From positions 1 to 40,577 of the forward strand of contig JBAXYG010000001.1 in the NCBI GenBank assembly GCA_041670905.1: a DNA stretch of 40,577 bases, written 5' to 3'. Positions 1 through 8,428 of this stretch are shown here, piece by piece; the stretch's first letter is position 1, and the number at the start of each line of letters is the position of its first letter. The position numbers and the translations under genes are program-made. This stretch comes from Bacteroidales bacterium (lineage in GTDB: Bacteria > Bacteroidota > Bacteroidia > Bacteroidales > UBA932). The notes under the pieces are model-generated. The model was not told where the DNA came from, did no database searches, and was given only the letters and a program-made list of their open reading frames with translations.

Positions 1-566
1 ACATTTCCGTATCTGTTGAGGTGGTCTGGTGTTATGTTCAAAAGTACAGCAATATCCGCTTTGAAATCATACATACCGTCAAGCTGAAAACTGCTTAGTT
101 CCAACACATATATGTCAAATTCCTCTGTGGCTACCTGTAAAGCATAACTTTTACCAATATTTCCAGCCAAGCCAACATTCAATCCTGCATTTTTTAATAG
201 AAAGTAAATCATTGATGTTGTGGTAGTTTTTCCATTGCTTCCTGTAATGCAAATTTTCTTTGCTTTATCATAACGACCTGCAAATTCTATTTCTGAAATT
301 ACCGGGATATTTCTGTTCTTAAGCTCGACAATCAGAGGTGCCGTTTCAGGAATTCCAGGACTTTTTACCACTTCGGAAGCATTTAAAATATTATTATAAT
401 TATGCCCGCCTTCCTCATACATAATACCATATTTGAATAACATCTCTTTTGACTTATCGTTAAGAGAGCTATTGTCTGATAGAAAAACTTCAAATCCTTT
501 CAATTTTGCCAAGACAGCTGCCCCGACGCCACTTTCTCCACCACCTAATACGACAATACGTTTCAT
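1..566 (-). CDS. murD: UDP-N-acetylmuramoylalanine--D-glutamate ligase MurD, N-terminal part (gene runs off the left edge)
   Basis: The reverse complement of 481-566 translates MKRIVVLGGGESGVGAAVLAKLKGFEVFL..., the Rossmann-type MurD N-terminus. The ATG at 566 lies 1 nt after the mraY stop, in the canonical dcw position. It is absent from the ORF track because there is no stop codon inside the window. Confidence 0.88.
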   Translation of the reverse strand, partial: MKRIVVLGGGESGVGAAVLAKLKGFEVFLSDNSSLNDKSKEMLFKYGIMYEEGGHNYNNILNASEVVKSPGIPETAPLIVELKNRNIPVISEIEFAGRYDKAKKICITGSNGKTTTTSMIYFLLKNAGLNVGLAGNIGKSYALQVATEEFDIYVLELSSFQLDGMYDFKADIAVLLNITPDHLNRYGN

Positions 567-567
567 T

Positions 568-1830
568 TTATCTGATTTTTAATGTTATGATTGTGATTAC
601 TGCTAGAAGAATGGATATAATCCAAAATCGTGTTACTATTTTTGCTTCTGGTAATGCTATTTTAGGTCTTGTTATCAAGGCCGGAATTCCTTCTTTCTGG
701 AAATGGTGATGTAGAGGAGCCATTTTAAAAACTCTTCTACCCTCACCATATTTTTTCTTAGTATATTTAAAATATGTTCTTTGAATAATTACCGAAAGAC
801 TTTCAACGAAGAAAATCCCACATAATATTGGAAGTAGTAATTCTTTTCTGATAAGTATTGCACATACTCCGATAATACCCCCTAAAGCCAAACTCCCTGT
901 ATCTCCCATAAATATCTGGGAAGGGTATGAGTTGTACCACAAAAATCCCAACAACGCACCTATTAATGCTGATAAGTATACTGTGATTTCACCACTATTT
1001 GGGATATACATAATATTCAGGTATTCGGCATATCCTATGTGTCCTGACAGATATGCCAGGATTCCGAGCGTGGCTCCAACAATTGCTGAGATTCCAGTTG
1101 CCAGTCCATCCATTCCGTCTGTGAGATTTGTTCCGTTAGAACAAGCAGTAATTACAAAAATTATTACTAGTATATATATGAACCATTTAAAATATTCTCC
1201 TGCCATACCTCCAAAAGGAGAGAGCCATTTATAGTCAAATTCATTATTTTTTACAAATGGAATTGTAGTTCTGGTACTGTTAGATATATTTATATTGTTT
1301 TGTGCTACAATTTCTGTCTCACCTGTGACTGTTTTCTTGACAATTTGCTCTCTGAATCCTAATTGATTGCTGAAAAACATAGTTAATCCTACTATTAATC
1401 CTAATACAACTTGGCCTATAATTTTATACTTGCCTGCAAGTCCCTGCTTATCGTGTTTAAATACTTTGATATAATCATCAACAAAACCAATAAATCCCAA
1501 CCATATTGTGCTTAATATCAATAGTTGAATATTTACATTTGACAAATCACCAAATAATATTATTGGGACCAAAACTGAGATTATGATAATAATCCCGCCC
1601 ATTGTCGGAGTTCCTTTTTTTTGTAATTGTCCCTCAAGGCCAAGTTCTCTAATTTCTTCTCCAATTTGTTTTTTTTGTAGAAAGAAAATGATCTTTTTAC
1701 CGATGAACATTGAGGTTATAATGGCCAGAATGCTGCATAAGATAGAACGGAAAGAGATATACTTCATAAGTCCTATTCCCGGAAAATCGAAGTTATTTTC
1801 TCTTAAATATTCAAATAGTTGGTATAACAT
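568..1830 (-). CDS. mraY: phospho-N-acetylmuramoyl-pentapeptide transferase MraY
   Basis: A 420-aa polytopic membrane protein with MraY signatures (KKGTPTMGG, NGTNLTDGMDGLA, MAPLHHHF). It sits between murE and murD. Confidence 0.97.
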   Translation of the reverse strand: MLYQLFEYLRENNFDFPGIGLMKYISFRSILCSILAIITSMFIGKKIIFFLQKKQIGEEIRELGLEGQLQKKGTPTMGGIIIIISVLVPIILFGDLSNVNIQLLILSTIWLGFIGFVDDYIKVFKHDKQGLAGKYKIIGQVVLGLIVGLTMFFSNQLGFREQIVKKTVTGETEIVAQNNINISNSTRTTIPFVKNNEFDYKWLSPFGGMAGEYFKWFIYILVIIFVITACSNGTNLTDGMDGLATGISAIVGATLGILAYLSGHIGYAEYLNIMYIPNSGEITVYLSALIGALLGFLWYNSYPSQIFMGDTGSLALGGIIGVCAILIRKELLLPILCGIFFVESLSVIIQRTYFKYTKKKYGEGRRVFKMAPLHHHFQKEGIPALITRPKIALPEAKIVTRFWIISILLAVITIITLKIR

Positions 1831-1842
1831 TGATCTAATTTT

Positions 1843-3291
1843 TTATAGCTCATTAAAAGTGTTCATTATTATCTCTTTATCATCAAAGTGGGATTTTTCC
1901 CCTCCAATAATTTGGTAATTCTCATGTCCTTTCCCGGCAACCAGTATAATTGATCCTTCCGGCGCCATCATAAGTGCTGTTCTTATTGCTTCTTTTCTGT
2001 CAGTAATAAACAATGATTTTGATAATGCCTTTTTATCAAGTCCATTTTTGATATCTTCAATAATATCTTCAGGTTTTTCAAATCTTGGATTATCAGAAGT
2101 CACTATCACTTTATCAGCAAATTTTGCTGCAATAACTCCCATTTCTGGTCTTTTGGTTTTGTCTCTGTTACCTCCGCATCCGAATACACAAATAAGTGTC
2201 CTTCCTTTTCCTGTCTCTTTGAGCGTTTTCAATGTGTTTTCTAATGCATCCGGTGTATGAGCATAATCTACAACCGCAGTTAGATCTTTTCCTCCACGTA
2301 AATATTCTAGTCTTCCAGATACTGATTTAAGGCTACTCATATATTTTAAAGTTTCATATTTGTCAGTACCAAGTAGAATGGCTGTTGCATAAACTGCAAG
2401 GAGATTGTACGCGTTGTGATTTCCAATGAAAAGACTCCAGAATTGTGTGTTGTCTATCTTAAGAAGCATCCCATCCATATTTTCCTCCAAGATTTTGCAA
2501 CGAAAATCAGCCATTTTATGGCAAGAATATTTATATATATGTGCTTCAGTATTTTGCACCATTACTTCTCCATTTTTATCATCAATATTTACTAAAGCAA
2601 AAGCATCTTTGGATAAAGAATCAAAGAAACTTTTTTTGCATTTAAGGTATTCAGCAAATGTTTTATGATAATCAAGATGATCGTGTGTCAAATTTGAAAA
2701 AATTCCCCCTTTGAACTGTAGTCCCAAAACCCTGTCCTGATCAAGAGAATGTGAACTTACCTCCATAAAACAATATTCACATCCTTTTTGGACCATTTTA
2801 TATATCAGATTGTTCAAAGAAATAGGGTCGGGGGTTGTATGTTCGGTCTCAATTTTTTCTTCGCCGATATAGTTTGATATTGTGGAAATAAGTCCACAAC
2901 AATATCCTAAATTTGTGAACAGGTTATATAAAAGGGTAACGGTGGTTGTTTTTCCGTTTGTGCCTGTTATCCCGACAAGATTTAGTTTTGAAGAGGGATG
3001 ATCATAGAAATTTGATGCAATAAGAGCGAGTGCTTTTCTGCTGTTATCAACTTTCACCATAGTAATATCTCTTTCCCCTAAATCTCCCTTTTCATATACT
3101 ATTACATTAGCTCCGTTTTCTATAGCTTTATCAATAAATTGATGTCCATCAGCCAATGTTCCATCTACTGCAACGAATAGTGATCCCTTGATACATTTAC
3201 GTGAATCAAAGCAAACAGAGTCAATATCTCCGTTTAAATTCCCTGTTATAGAGAGAACTGATACTCCTTTTAAAATATTAGTTATGTTCAT
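1843..3291 (-). CDS. murE: UDP-N-acetylmuramoyl-L-alanyl-D-glutamate--2,6-diaminopimelate ligase MurE
   Basis: Mur ligase P-loop GITGTNGKTT. The DNPR motif (TSDNPRFE) is typical of meso-DAP-adding MurE. It sits in dcw order. Confidence 0.96.
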   Translation of the reverse strand: MNITNILKGVSVLSITGNLNGDIDSVCFDSRKCIKGSLFVAVDGTLADGHQFIDKAIENGANVIVYEKGDLGERDITMVKVDNSRKALALIASNFYDHPSSKLNLVGITGTNGKTTTVTLLYNLFTNLGYCCGLISTISNYIGEEKIETEHTTPDPISLNNLIYKMVQKGCEYCFMEVSSHSLDQDRVLGLQFKGGIFSNLTHDHLDYHKTFAEYLKCKKSFFDSLSKDAFALVNIDDKNGEVMVQNTEAHIYKYSCHKMADFRCKILEENMDGMLLKIDNTQFWSLFIGNHNAYNLLAVYATAILLGTDKYETLKYMSSLKSVSGRLEYLRGGKDLTAVVDYAHTPDALENTLKTLKETGKGRTLICVFGCGGNRDKTKRPEMGVIAAKFADKVIVTSDNPRFEKPEDIIEDIKNGLDKKALSKSLFITDRKEAIRTALMMAPEGSIILVAGKGHENYQIIGGEKSHFDDKEIIMNTFNEL

Positions 3292-5284
3292 AAATGTCAG
3301 ATAATAATATTTTTATATTTCTTGTACTGTCAATTGGGGTTCCAGGTGCCGGTTCCTGTGTTATTATTTTTCCTTGTCCTTTGAAATAAACTTTATATCC
3401 ATCATTTTCAAGGATATTTAATGCATCTTTTAACCCCATGCCTATAACATTAGGTGTTCCTTGAATAGTATCGTTAATAGTGTTATTTTCATATTGATTA
3501 ATAATTGGCAGTTTTTCTTTTTTTAATATTGGGGCACTCCAATCCGGAGATGCAGCATAAATATTTTCTGCAATCTCTCTTACTACAGGGGCGGCCCAAG
3601 TACCTCCATAATAGTCCTTCTTTGACGGCAATGAGTACAATATTGCAATGGCAGTGTATTTTGGGGCATCTGAAGGAAAAAAACCTATAAAAGTTGCAAC
3701 GTGACTTTTGTTTCCGTTTTTATCAAGATATGAGTGAGTTGTATTGTTATAGATTCGTGCTGTCCCTGTTTTTCCTGAAACACTTATTCTACAATCTTTA
3801 AAAGGTACTTTCCCGGTTCCGTTAAGGACAACTCCACGAAGAGCTTTTTTAGCTTCAGAAATGTTTTTTTGAGAGCTGATAGTAGTTAAAATCTGTGGCA
3901 TAAATTCCTTGGTGATGTTTCCATTTTTCTGAAAATTTTTCACCAGATATGGCTTCATCATTATCCCATTGTTTGCTACGGCATTATAAAAAGTTATAAG
4001 CTGTAGTGGTGTAAGTTCACTGGAATATCCTATCGCTAATGATGGTAGATCAACAGGGCTCCACATTCGGTTGCTTGGCTCTCTCATGCTTCCACTTCTG
4101 AAACCATCAATATCAAAATCAAATTGAGATCTTATATTAAGTTTTTTAAGTGTGTTTGTGAATATCTCCGGTCTTTTTTCAAAATTTTTGATAGCAAGGA
4201 GTCGGAATACATTATTTGAAGAAATTTCAAAACCTCTTTGTACCGATATCTTATCGTAATTTTTTAGATAATGGTCATCTAAAACCCGTCCTCCATATAT
4301 CAAGTTTGTGACTGCATCAATTTCCGTGTCTAGAGTAATGCCATTTTCCAAAAGAACTAGTAATGTAGCAAGTTTAAAAACGGATCCAGGTTCCCTGGTG
4401 CGTGTAATGGCATAATTTTCTATTTCATCAAATTCTCCGTTTTTATTTCTTCCCATGTTGACCATTGCCTTTATTTTTCCCGTAGCAACTTCCATTACTA
4501 TAACTGCTCCTTCTTTAAAGTCATTTGATGATTTAAGATTGTTAAGTAATGCTCTCTCAGCTACATCCTGTATATCTATGTCTATTGTAGTTTGAATATC
4601 TAGTCCGTCTTGAGATGGTATATATTCTCTCTCATTGTCAGGAATCCAGCTTTTATTGTCGGTTAAACGCATCGGCTGAATTCCGGATTGCCCACGAAGA
4701 ATTGTATCGAATCTTCCTTCAAGACCTTTTGTCGTCCGCTCTGTGTTGTTTCTTACATATCCAAGAGTCCTTTTTGCTAATGTTTCGTAAGGATATTCTC
4801 TATGGTCAATTTTTTCTGTAATAATTCCACCATTTCTTTTTCCTGCACTATAGATAGGGAAAGAGCATACTTTAGTCATTTCAGGATATGTTACCGGTCT
4901 GTCTACGACTTTTAGATACCTTTTATTTGCCCTTCTTCCTGATACTATTATCTTCTTATATTGTGCAGTCGATTTATCTTTAAAAAGAGAAGATAATTCT
5001 TTAGAAAGGGCTTCTATATTTTTATTGAATAATTCATCTGAAGCGACAGTACAATCCATATATATTTTATATAAAGGTGTTGAGAAGGCCAGGTACCTGC
5101 CATCATCGGAGAGAATGCTTCCTCTGATGCCATCTGTTACGTCATCTCTTGTCACTTTGTATGTAAATGCTTCTGCATCAGGAGGAGAAATAAACTGAAG
5201 TTGCAGTATTCTCCCTATTGCAATCAGTCCTATTACAAAAAAGAGAAAATAAAAAAAGCCTGCTCTTCCAATGTTTATTTTCAT
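3278..5284 (-). CDS. ftsI: class B penicillin-binding protein / cell-division transpeptidase FtsI with C-terminal PASTA-like domain
   Basis: N-terminal membrane anchor and transpeptidase motifs SVFK (SxxK), SSN and KTGT. The C-terminal ~65 aa (GTPNVIGMGLKDALNILENDGYKVYFKG...) look like a PASTA domain. It sits in the dcw position. Confidence 0.93.
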   Translation of the reverse strand: MKINIGRAGFFYFLFFVIGLIAIGRILQLQFISPPDAEAFTYKVTRDDVTDGIRGSILSDDGRYLAFSTPLYKIYMDCTVASDELFNKNIEALSKELSSLFKDKSTAQYKKIIVSGRRANKRYLKVVDRPVTYPEMTKVCSFPIYSAGKRNGGIITEKIDHREYPYETLAKRTLGYVRNNTERTTKGLEGRFDTILRGQSGIQPMRLTDNKSWIPDNEREYIPSQDGLDIQTTIDIDIQDVAERALLNNLKSSNDFKEGAVIVMEVATGKIKAMVNMGRNKNGEFDEIENYAITRTREPGSVFKLATLLVLLENGITLDTEIDAVTNLIYGGRVLDDHYLKNYDKISVQRGFEISSNNVFRLLAIKNFEKRPEIFTNTLKKLNIRSQFDFDIDGFRSGSMREPSNRMWSPVDLPSLAIGYSSELTPLQLITFYNAVANNGIMMKPYLVKNFQKNGNITKEFMPQILTTISSQKNISEAKKALRGVVLNGTGKVPFKDCRISVSGKTGTARIYNNTTHSYLDKNGNKSHVATFIGFFPSDAPKYTAIAILYSLPSKKDYYGGTWAAPVVREIAENIYAASPDWSAPILKKEKLPIINQYENNTINDTIQGTPNVIGMGLKDALNILENDGYKVYFKGQGKIITQEPAPGTPIDSTRNIKILLSDIYEHN

Positions 5285-5640
5285 TTTTTATCTAAAATTA
5301 TCCTCTTAGGAGGTATTATAGGGCCATGTAGGGTACTATGTTCACTCTCTAATATTTGTTCAATCTTAGTCCTTCTATTAAGGCCTATATACTCCAATGT
5401 CTTTTGGTTGTATTCAATTTTAAGCCCTTCCAGTATTGTCTCATTCTTTTCCATTTTTGCTAGTTGATTTTCCACCATCAGACTCCATGCTATGAATATG
5501 CTGATTAAAAAAAAGCAATAGAGAACAAATTTGATATATCTGTCCCATTTCTTTTTCAGTATTATTTCTCCACTGAAAATCTCAACAAACTTTTTGATTA
5601 TTTTATTTTCTCCCATACCGTTATTCCCTTTTTTTTGCAA
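5281..5640 (-). CDS. FtsL-like small bitopic cell-division protein
   Basis: It lies between rsmH and ftsI, has a single TM helix (FVLYCFFLISIFIAWSL) followed by a coiled-coil-like segment, and its stop overlaps the ftsI start. An alternative start at M9 (5616) would remove the 20-nt overlap with rsmH. Confidence 0.6.
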   Translation of the reverse strand: MQKKGNNGMGENKIIKKFVEIFSGEIILKKKWDRYIKFVLYCFFLISIFIAWSLMVENQLAKMEKNETILEGLKIEYNQKTLEYIGLNRRTKIEQILESEHSTLHGPIIPPKRIILDKK

Positions 5641-6526
5641 TTCTCAGTTTGGCACTCCGTGCACGAGTGTTAGAAGAAATTTCTTGTTCAGAAGGCAGTA
5701 TTGGTTTTCTGTTTACAAGGAGGAAAGGAGATGATCCTTGTCCTAAGAAGTTTTTCTCAATTTCTCCACTTAATGTGCCTGAGCGGAAGAAATTCTTGAC
5801 AATTCTATCTTCTAATGAATGATATGTGATTACTGAAATCAATCCGTTAGGATATAATGACTTTATAGAGCCAGCCATAAAACCCTCAAGTGACTCCATT
5901 TCTTTGTTGACCTCAATTCTTAAGGCCTGATATATTTTTGCTAAATACTTATGTTCGGAAAATTTAGGCAGAACAGGTTCAATGGCTCTGCCTAAATCGT
6001 CAGTTGATTTTATAGGGAAACTCTCTCTTGCTGCACAAATCAGAGCCGCAACTTTTTTACTGTTTTCTACTTCCCCATAAATTCTGAAAATTCTTTCTAA
6101 ATCATCAAAACTATAACTATTTACTACTTCCTCTGCGCTTCTGCCTGAGAGTGAATTCATTCTCATATCTAAAGGCGCATCGAATCGAAAAGAAAAACCT
6201 CTTTCTCCGGTATCAAATTGATGGGAGGAAACCCCCAAATCTGCCAATATTCCATCAACACCAGCAAACCCATGATACCTTACATAATTATGGATAAATT
6301 TAAAATTATTGTGAACCAGTATAAGTCTTTTATCGGCAGGTGCATTTTCAAGAGCCTCTTTATCTTTATCAAAGGCAATCAGTGTTCCCTTTTTCCCAAG
6401 ACGGCGCAATATTTCCATGCTGTGTCCTCCACCTCCGAATGTTGCATCAACATATACACCGTCCTCTTTTATAGAAAGGGCAGATACACTCTCTTCAAGC
6501 AGTACAGGTGTATGGTAGGTAGACAT
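5621..6526 (-). CDS. rsmH: 16S rRNA (cytosine1402-N4)-methyltransferase RsmH
   Basis: MSTYHTPVLLEES... N-terminus and SAM motif VDATFGGGGHS. I chose the internal Met (aa 32 of the track ORF) because it leaves a 14-nt gap to mraZ. Confidence 0.94.
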   Translation of the reverse strand: MSTYHTPVLLEESVSALSIKEDGVYVDATFGGGGHSMEILRRLGKKGTLIAFDKDKEALENAPADKRLILVHNNFKFIHNYVRYHGFAGVDGILADLGVSSHQFDTGERGFSFRFDAPLDMRMNSLSGRSAEEVVNSYSFDDLERIFRIYGEVENSKKVAALICAARESFPIKSTDDLGRAIEPVLPKFSEHKYLAKIYQALRIEVNKEMESLEGFMAGSIKSLYPNGLISVITYHSLEDRIVKNFFRSGTLSGEIEKNFLGQGSSPFLLVNRKPILPSEQEISSNTRARSAKLRIAKKRE

Positions 6527-6540
6527 CAGAACCTCCTTTT

Positions 6541-6987
6541 TTATCCAAGAATCTTTTGTGCAAGTGAAACGAAATCGTCGTTTCCCAATTTTTGTTTTTC
6601 GAATTTTTCCCTTGCCCAAATCTCAATCTTATGGTCATTTCCACTGAAAACAACCTCTTTGTTGACGCCTATATTTTCTAATAAACGTTTTGGTATGAGT
6701 ATCCTGCCAAGTTTTTCATCTGGTTCAACAATAGCCCGATCTCTCATATATTCCCTCCAAAACATAGAATGTTCTTTATTGAAGAAATTTAACCGGGCTT
6801 TTACTGCTTCGGATTCGCGTTCCCATTCAGAGAACGCGAACATTTCCAAGCAGTCGGTAAAAAGGTCTTTTTTAACGACAAAACAAAGCTTTGATCCCTC
6901 TTCCATGAGAGATTTGAAGGCAGAAGGAAAAATCAATCTTCCTTTGTCATCAACCTTTGCTTTGTATTCGCCGATAAATTTTCCCAT
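6541..6987 (-). CDS. mraZ: transcriptional regulator MraZ
   Basis: It starts MGKFIGEYKAKVDDKGRLIFPSAF and carries a second half-repeat, PDEKLGRILIPKRL (two SpoVT/AbrB-like DxxxR repeats). The start is Met96 of the 243-aa track ORF. It is the first gene of the dcw cluster. Confidence 0.94.
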   Translation of the reverse strand: MGKFIGEYKAKVDDKGRLIFPSAFKSLMEEGSKLCFVVKKDLFTDCLEMFAFSEWERESEAVKARLNFFNKEHSMFWREYMRDRAIVEPDEKLGRILIPKRLLENIGVNKEVVFSGNDHKIEIWAREKFEKQKLGNDDFVSLAQKILG

Positions 6988-7018
6988 TCTATAATATTTG
7001 TGATGTGTGTTATGTACG

Positions 7019-7026
7019 CAAAAGTA
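7019..7026 (-). promoter_or_regulatory. Bacteroidetes-type -7 promoter box (TACTTTTG) for mraZ/dcw operon
   Basis: Exact match to TAnnTTTG on the minus strand, 31 nt upstream of the mraZ ATG. Confidence 0.4.
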
Positions 7027-7032
7027 AAAATT

Positions 7033-7072
7033 CTTTTCCACATTTTTACAATTTTTTCCATATTTTTCCACA
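7033..7072 (-). promoter_or_regulatory. four direct repeats with 10-bp period (TGTGGAAAAA / TATGGAAAAA / ATTGTAAAAA / TGTGGAAAAG), candidate MraZ operator
   Basis: Read directly on the minus strand, immediately upstream of the -7 box. The GTGG-type core and 10-bp phasing resemble described MraZ boxes. Confidence 0.4.
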
Positions 7073-7126
7073 TATTTGTTAACAAAAAAATAAAAAATAT
7101 TTAACTTGCACCGCACATAATAGAAA

Positions 7127-8428
7127 ATGAATAATATGGAAACCAAAAAATGGATTGTAATTACTTGTGTGATTGTAGGATTAGTGGCAATATGTACTTC
7201 ATTCTTTTTTATTCTTAAAAATGAAAAAAAGAATAATTCAGAAGAGGAAATAACCAAAACAATAGACGACAATGTATATGAATATGGTATCCCAATAAAT
7301 TTGTATGATGTAGATGAGGTAGTAGTTGAAAAAGGAGATTATTTTTCAACGATATTGAATAAAAGGGGAATTTCTCAAAAGATTATTTATGACATTTCTA
7401 ATAAATACAAACATATTTTTGACGTTAAAGACATTCAGATAGGAAAAACATATCACACTTTCTTTACAAAAGATACTACTGGTAATCCTAAACTTGCATA
7501 TTTAGTTTATGAAAAGGATAAAAAGTCAATGGTTGTATTTCAATTATTGGACACACTGAATGTTAATATTATTGAAAAAGAGGTAAAAACTACAACAAAA
7601 TTTGCTGAAATAACCATTAATAATTCTCTTTGGTATGATATTCAACAAGCCGGATTTTCTCCTCTTTTAGCATTAAAACTTAGTGATATATATGCATGGA
7701 CCATAGATTTCTTCGGATTGCAGAAAGGCGATTCTTTCTTTGCCCTGTATGATCAGGTTGAACTTGATGGAAAAATATTGGATATCAATGATGTACATTA
7801 CTCTGTATTTAAACATTTAGGAAAGAAATATGAATCTTTTTATTTTGATGAAGAGGGGGTATCCAATAAGTATTGGAACAGCAAGGGGGAAAGTTTAAAA
7901 AAGGCTTTTTTAAAGGCACCCTTGATATACTCCCGTGTAAGTTCAACTTTTTCATATGCAAGGAGACATCCAATAACACGTAAAGTTAGACCTCATACTG
8001 GGGTTGATTATGCGGCTCCAAGAGGGACTGAAGTACATAGCATAGGAGAAGGTATTGTTATCGAAAAAGGGTATAAAGGTGGAGGTGGTAATACTATTAA
8101 AATAAAACACAATTCTATTTATACAACAGCTTATCTCCATTTATCAAAATATGGGAAAGATATACGAGTTGGTAAAAGAGTTACTCAGGGCCAAATTATT
8201 GGGTATGTTGGGAGTACAGGCTCTTCAACCGGGCCTCATCTTGATTTTCGTGTATGGAAAAATGGAACCCCTATTAATCCTTTAAAGATGGAGTCTCCTG
8301 CTTCTGATCCTATAAAAAAGAAAGACAAAGAGTTATTTGAAGCTCAAAAACAAGCAGCTTTTAAAATAGTTTCAGAGTTCAGGCTTAAACAAACATACTT
8401 AAAAACAATTATTGAGCCGCTTGGATAA
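7127..8428 (+). CDS. membrane-anchored M23 family metallopeptidase (MepM/YebA-like murein endopeptidase)
   Basis: N-terminal TM helix and LytM/M23 motifs HTGVDYAAPRGT and GSTGSSTGPHLDFRV. The start could instead be M4 (7136). Confidence 0.9.
   Translation: MNNMETKKWIVITCVIVGLVAICTSFFFILKNEKKNNSEEEITKTIDDNVYEYGIPINLYDVDEVVVEKGDYFSTILNKRGISQKIIYDISNKYKHIFDVKDIQIGKTYHTFFTKDTTGNPKLAYLVYEKDKKSMVVFQLLDTLNVNIIEKEVKTTTKFAEITINNSLWYDIQQAGFSPLLALKLSDIYAWTIDFFGLQKGDSFFALYDQVELDGKILDINDVHYSVFKHLGKKYESFYFDEEGVSNKYWNSKGESLKKAFLKAPLIYSRVSSTFSYARRHPITRKVRPHTGVDYAAPRGTEVHSIGEGIVIEKGYKGGGGNTIKIKHNSIYTTAYLHLSKYGKDIRVGKRVTQGQIIGYVGSTGSSTGPHLDFRVWKNGTPINPLKMESPASDPIKKKDKELFEAQKQAAFKIVSEFRLKQTYLKTIIEPLG

Noticed and set aside
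6218-6994. 258-aa plus-strand ORF
   Set aside because: It is entirely antisense to the well-supported rsmH and mraZ genes. It has low-complexity, Phe/Ser/Ile-rich composition and no recognisable motifs, as expected for a shadow ORF in AT-rich DNA.
6988-7272. N-terminal 95-codon extension of the mraZ track ORF
   Set aside because: The canonical MraZ N-terminus (MGKFIGEY...) begins at 6987. The extension would run through the divergent promoter region and into the M23 peptidase gene.
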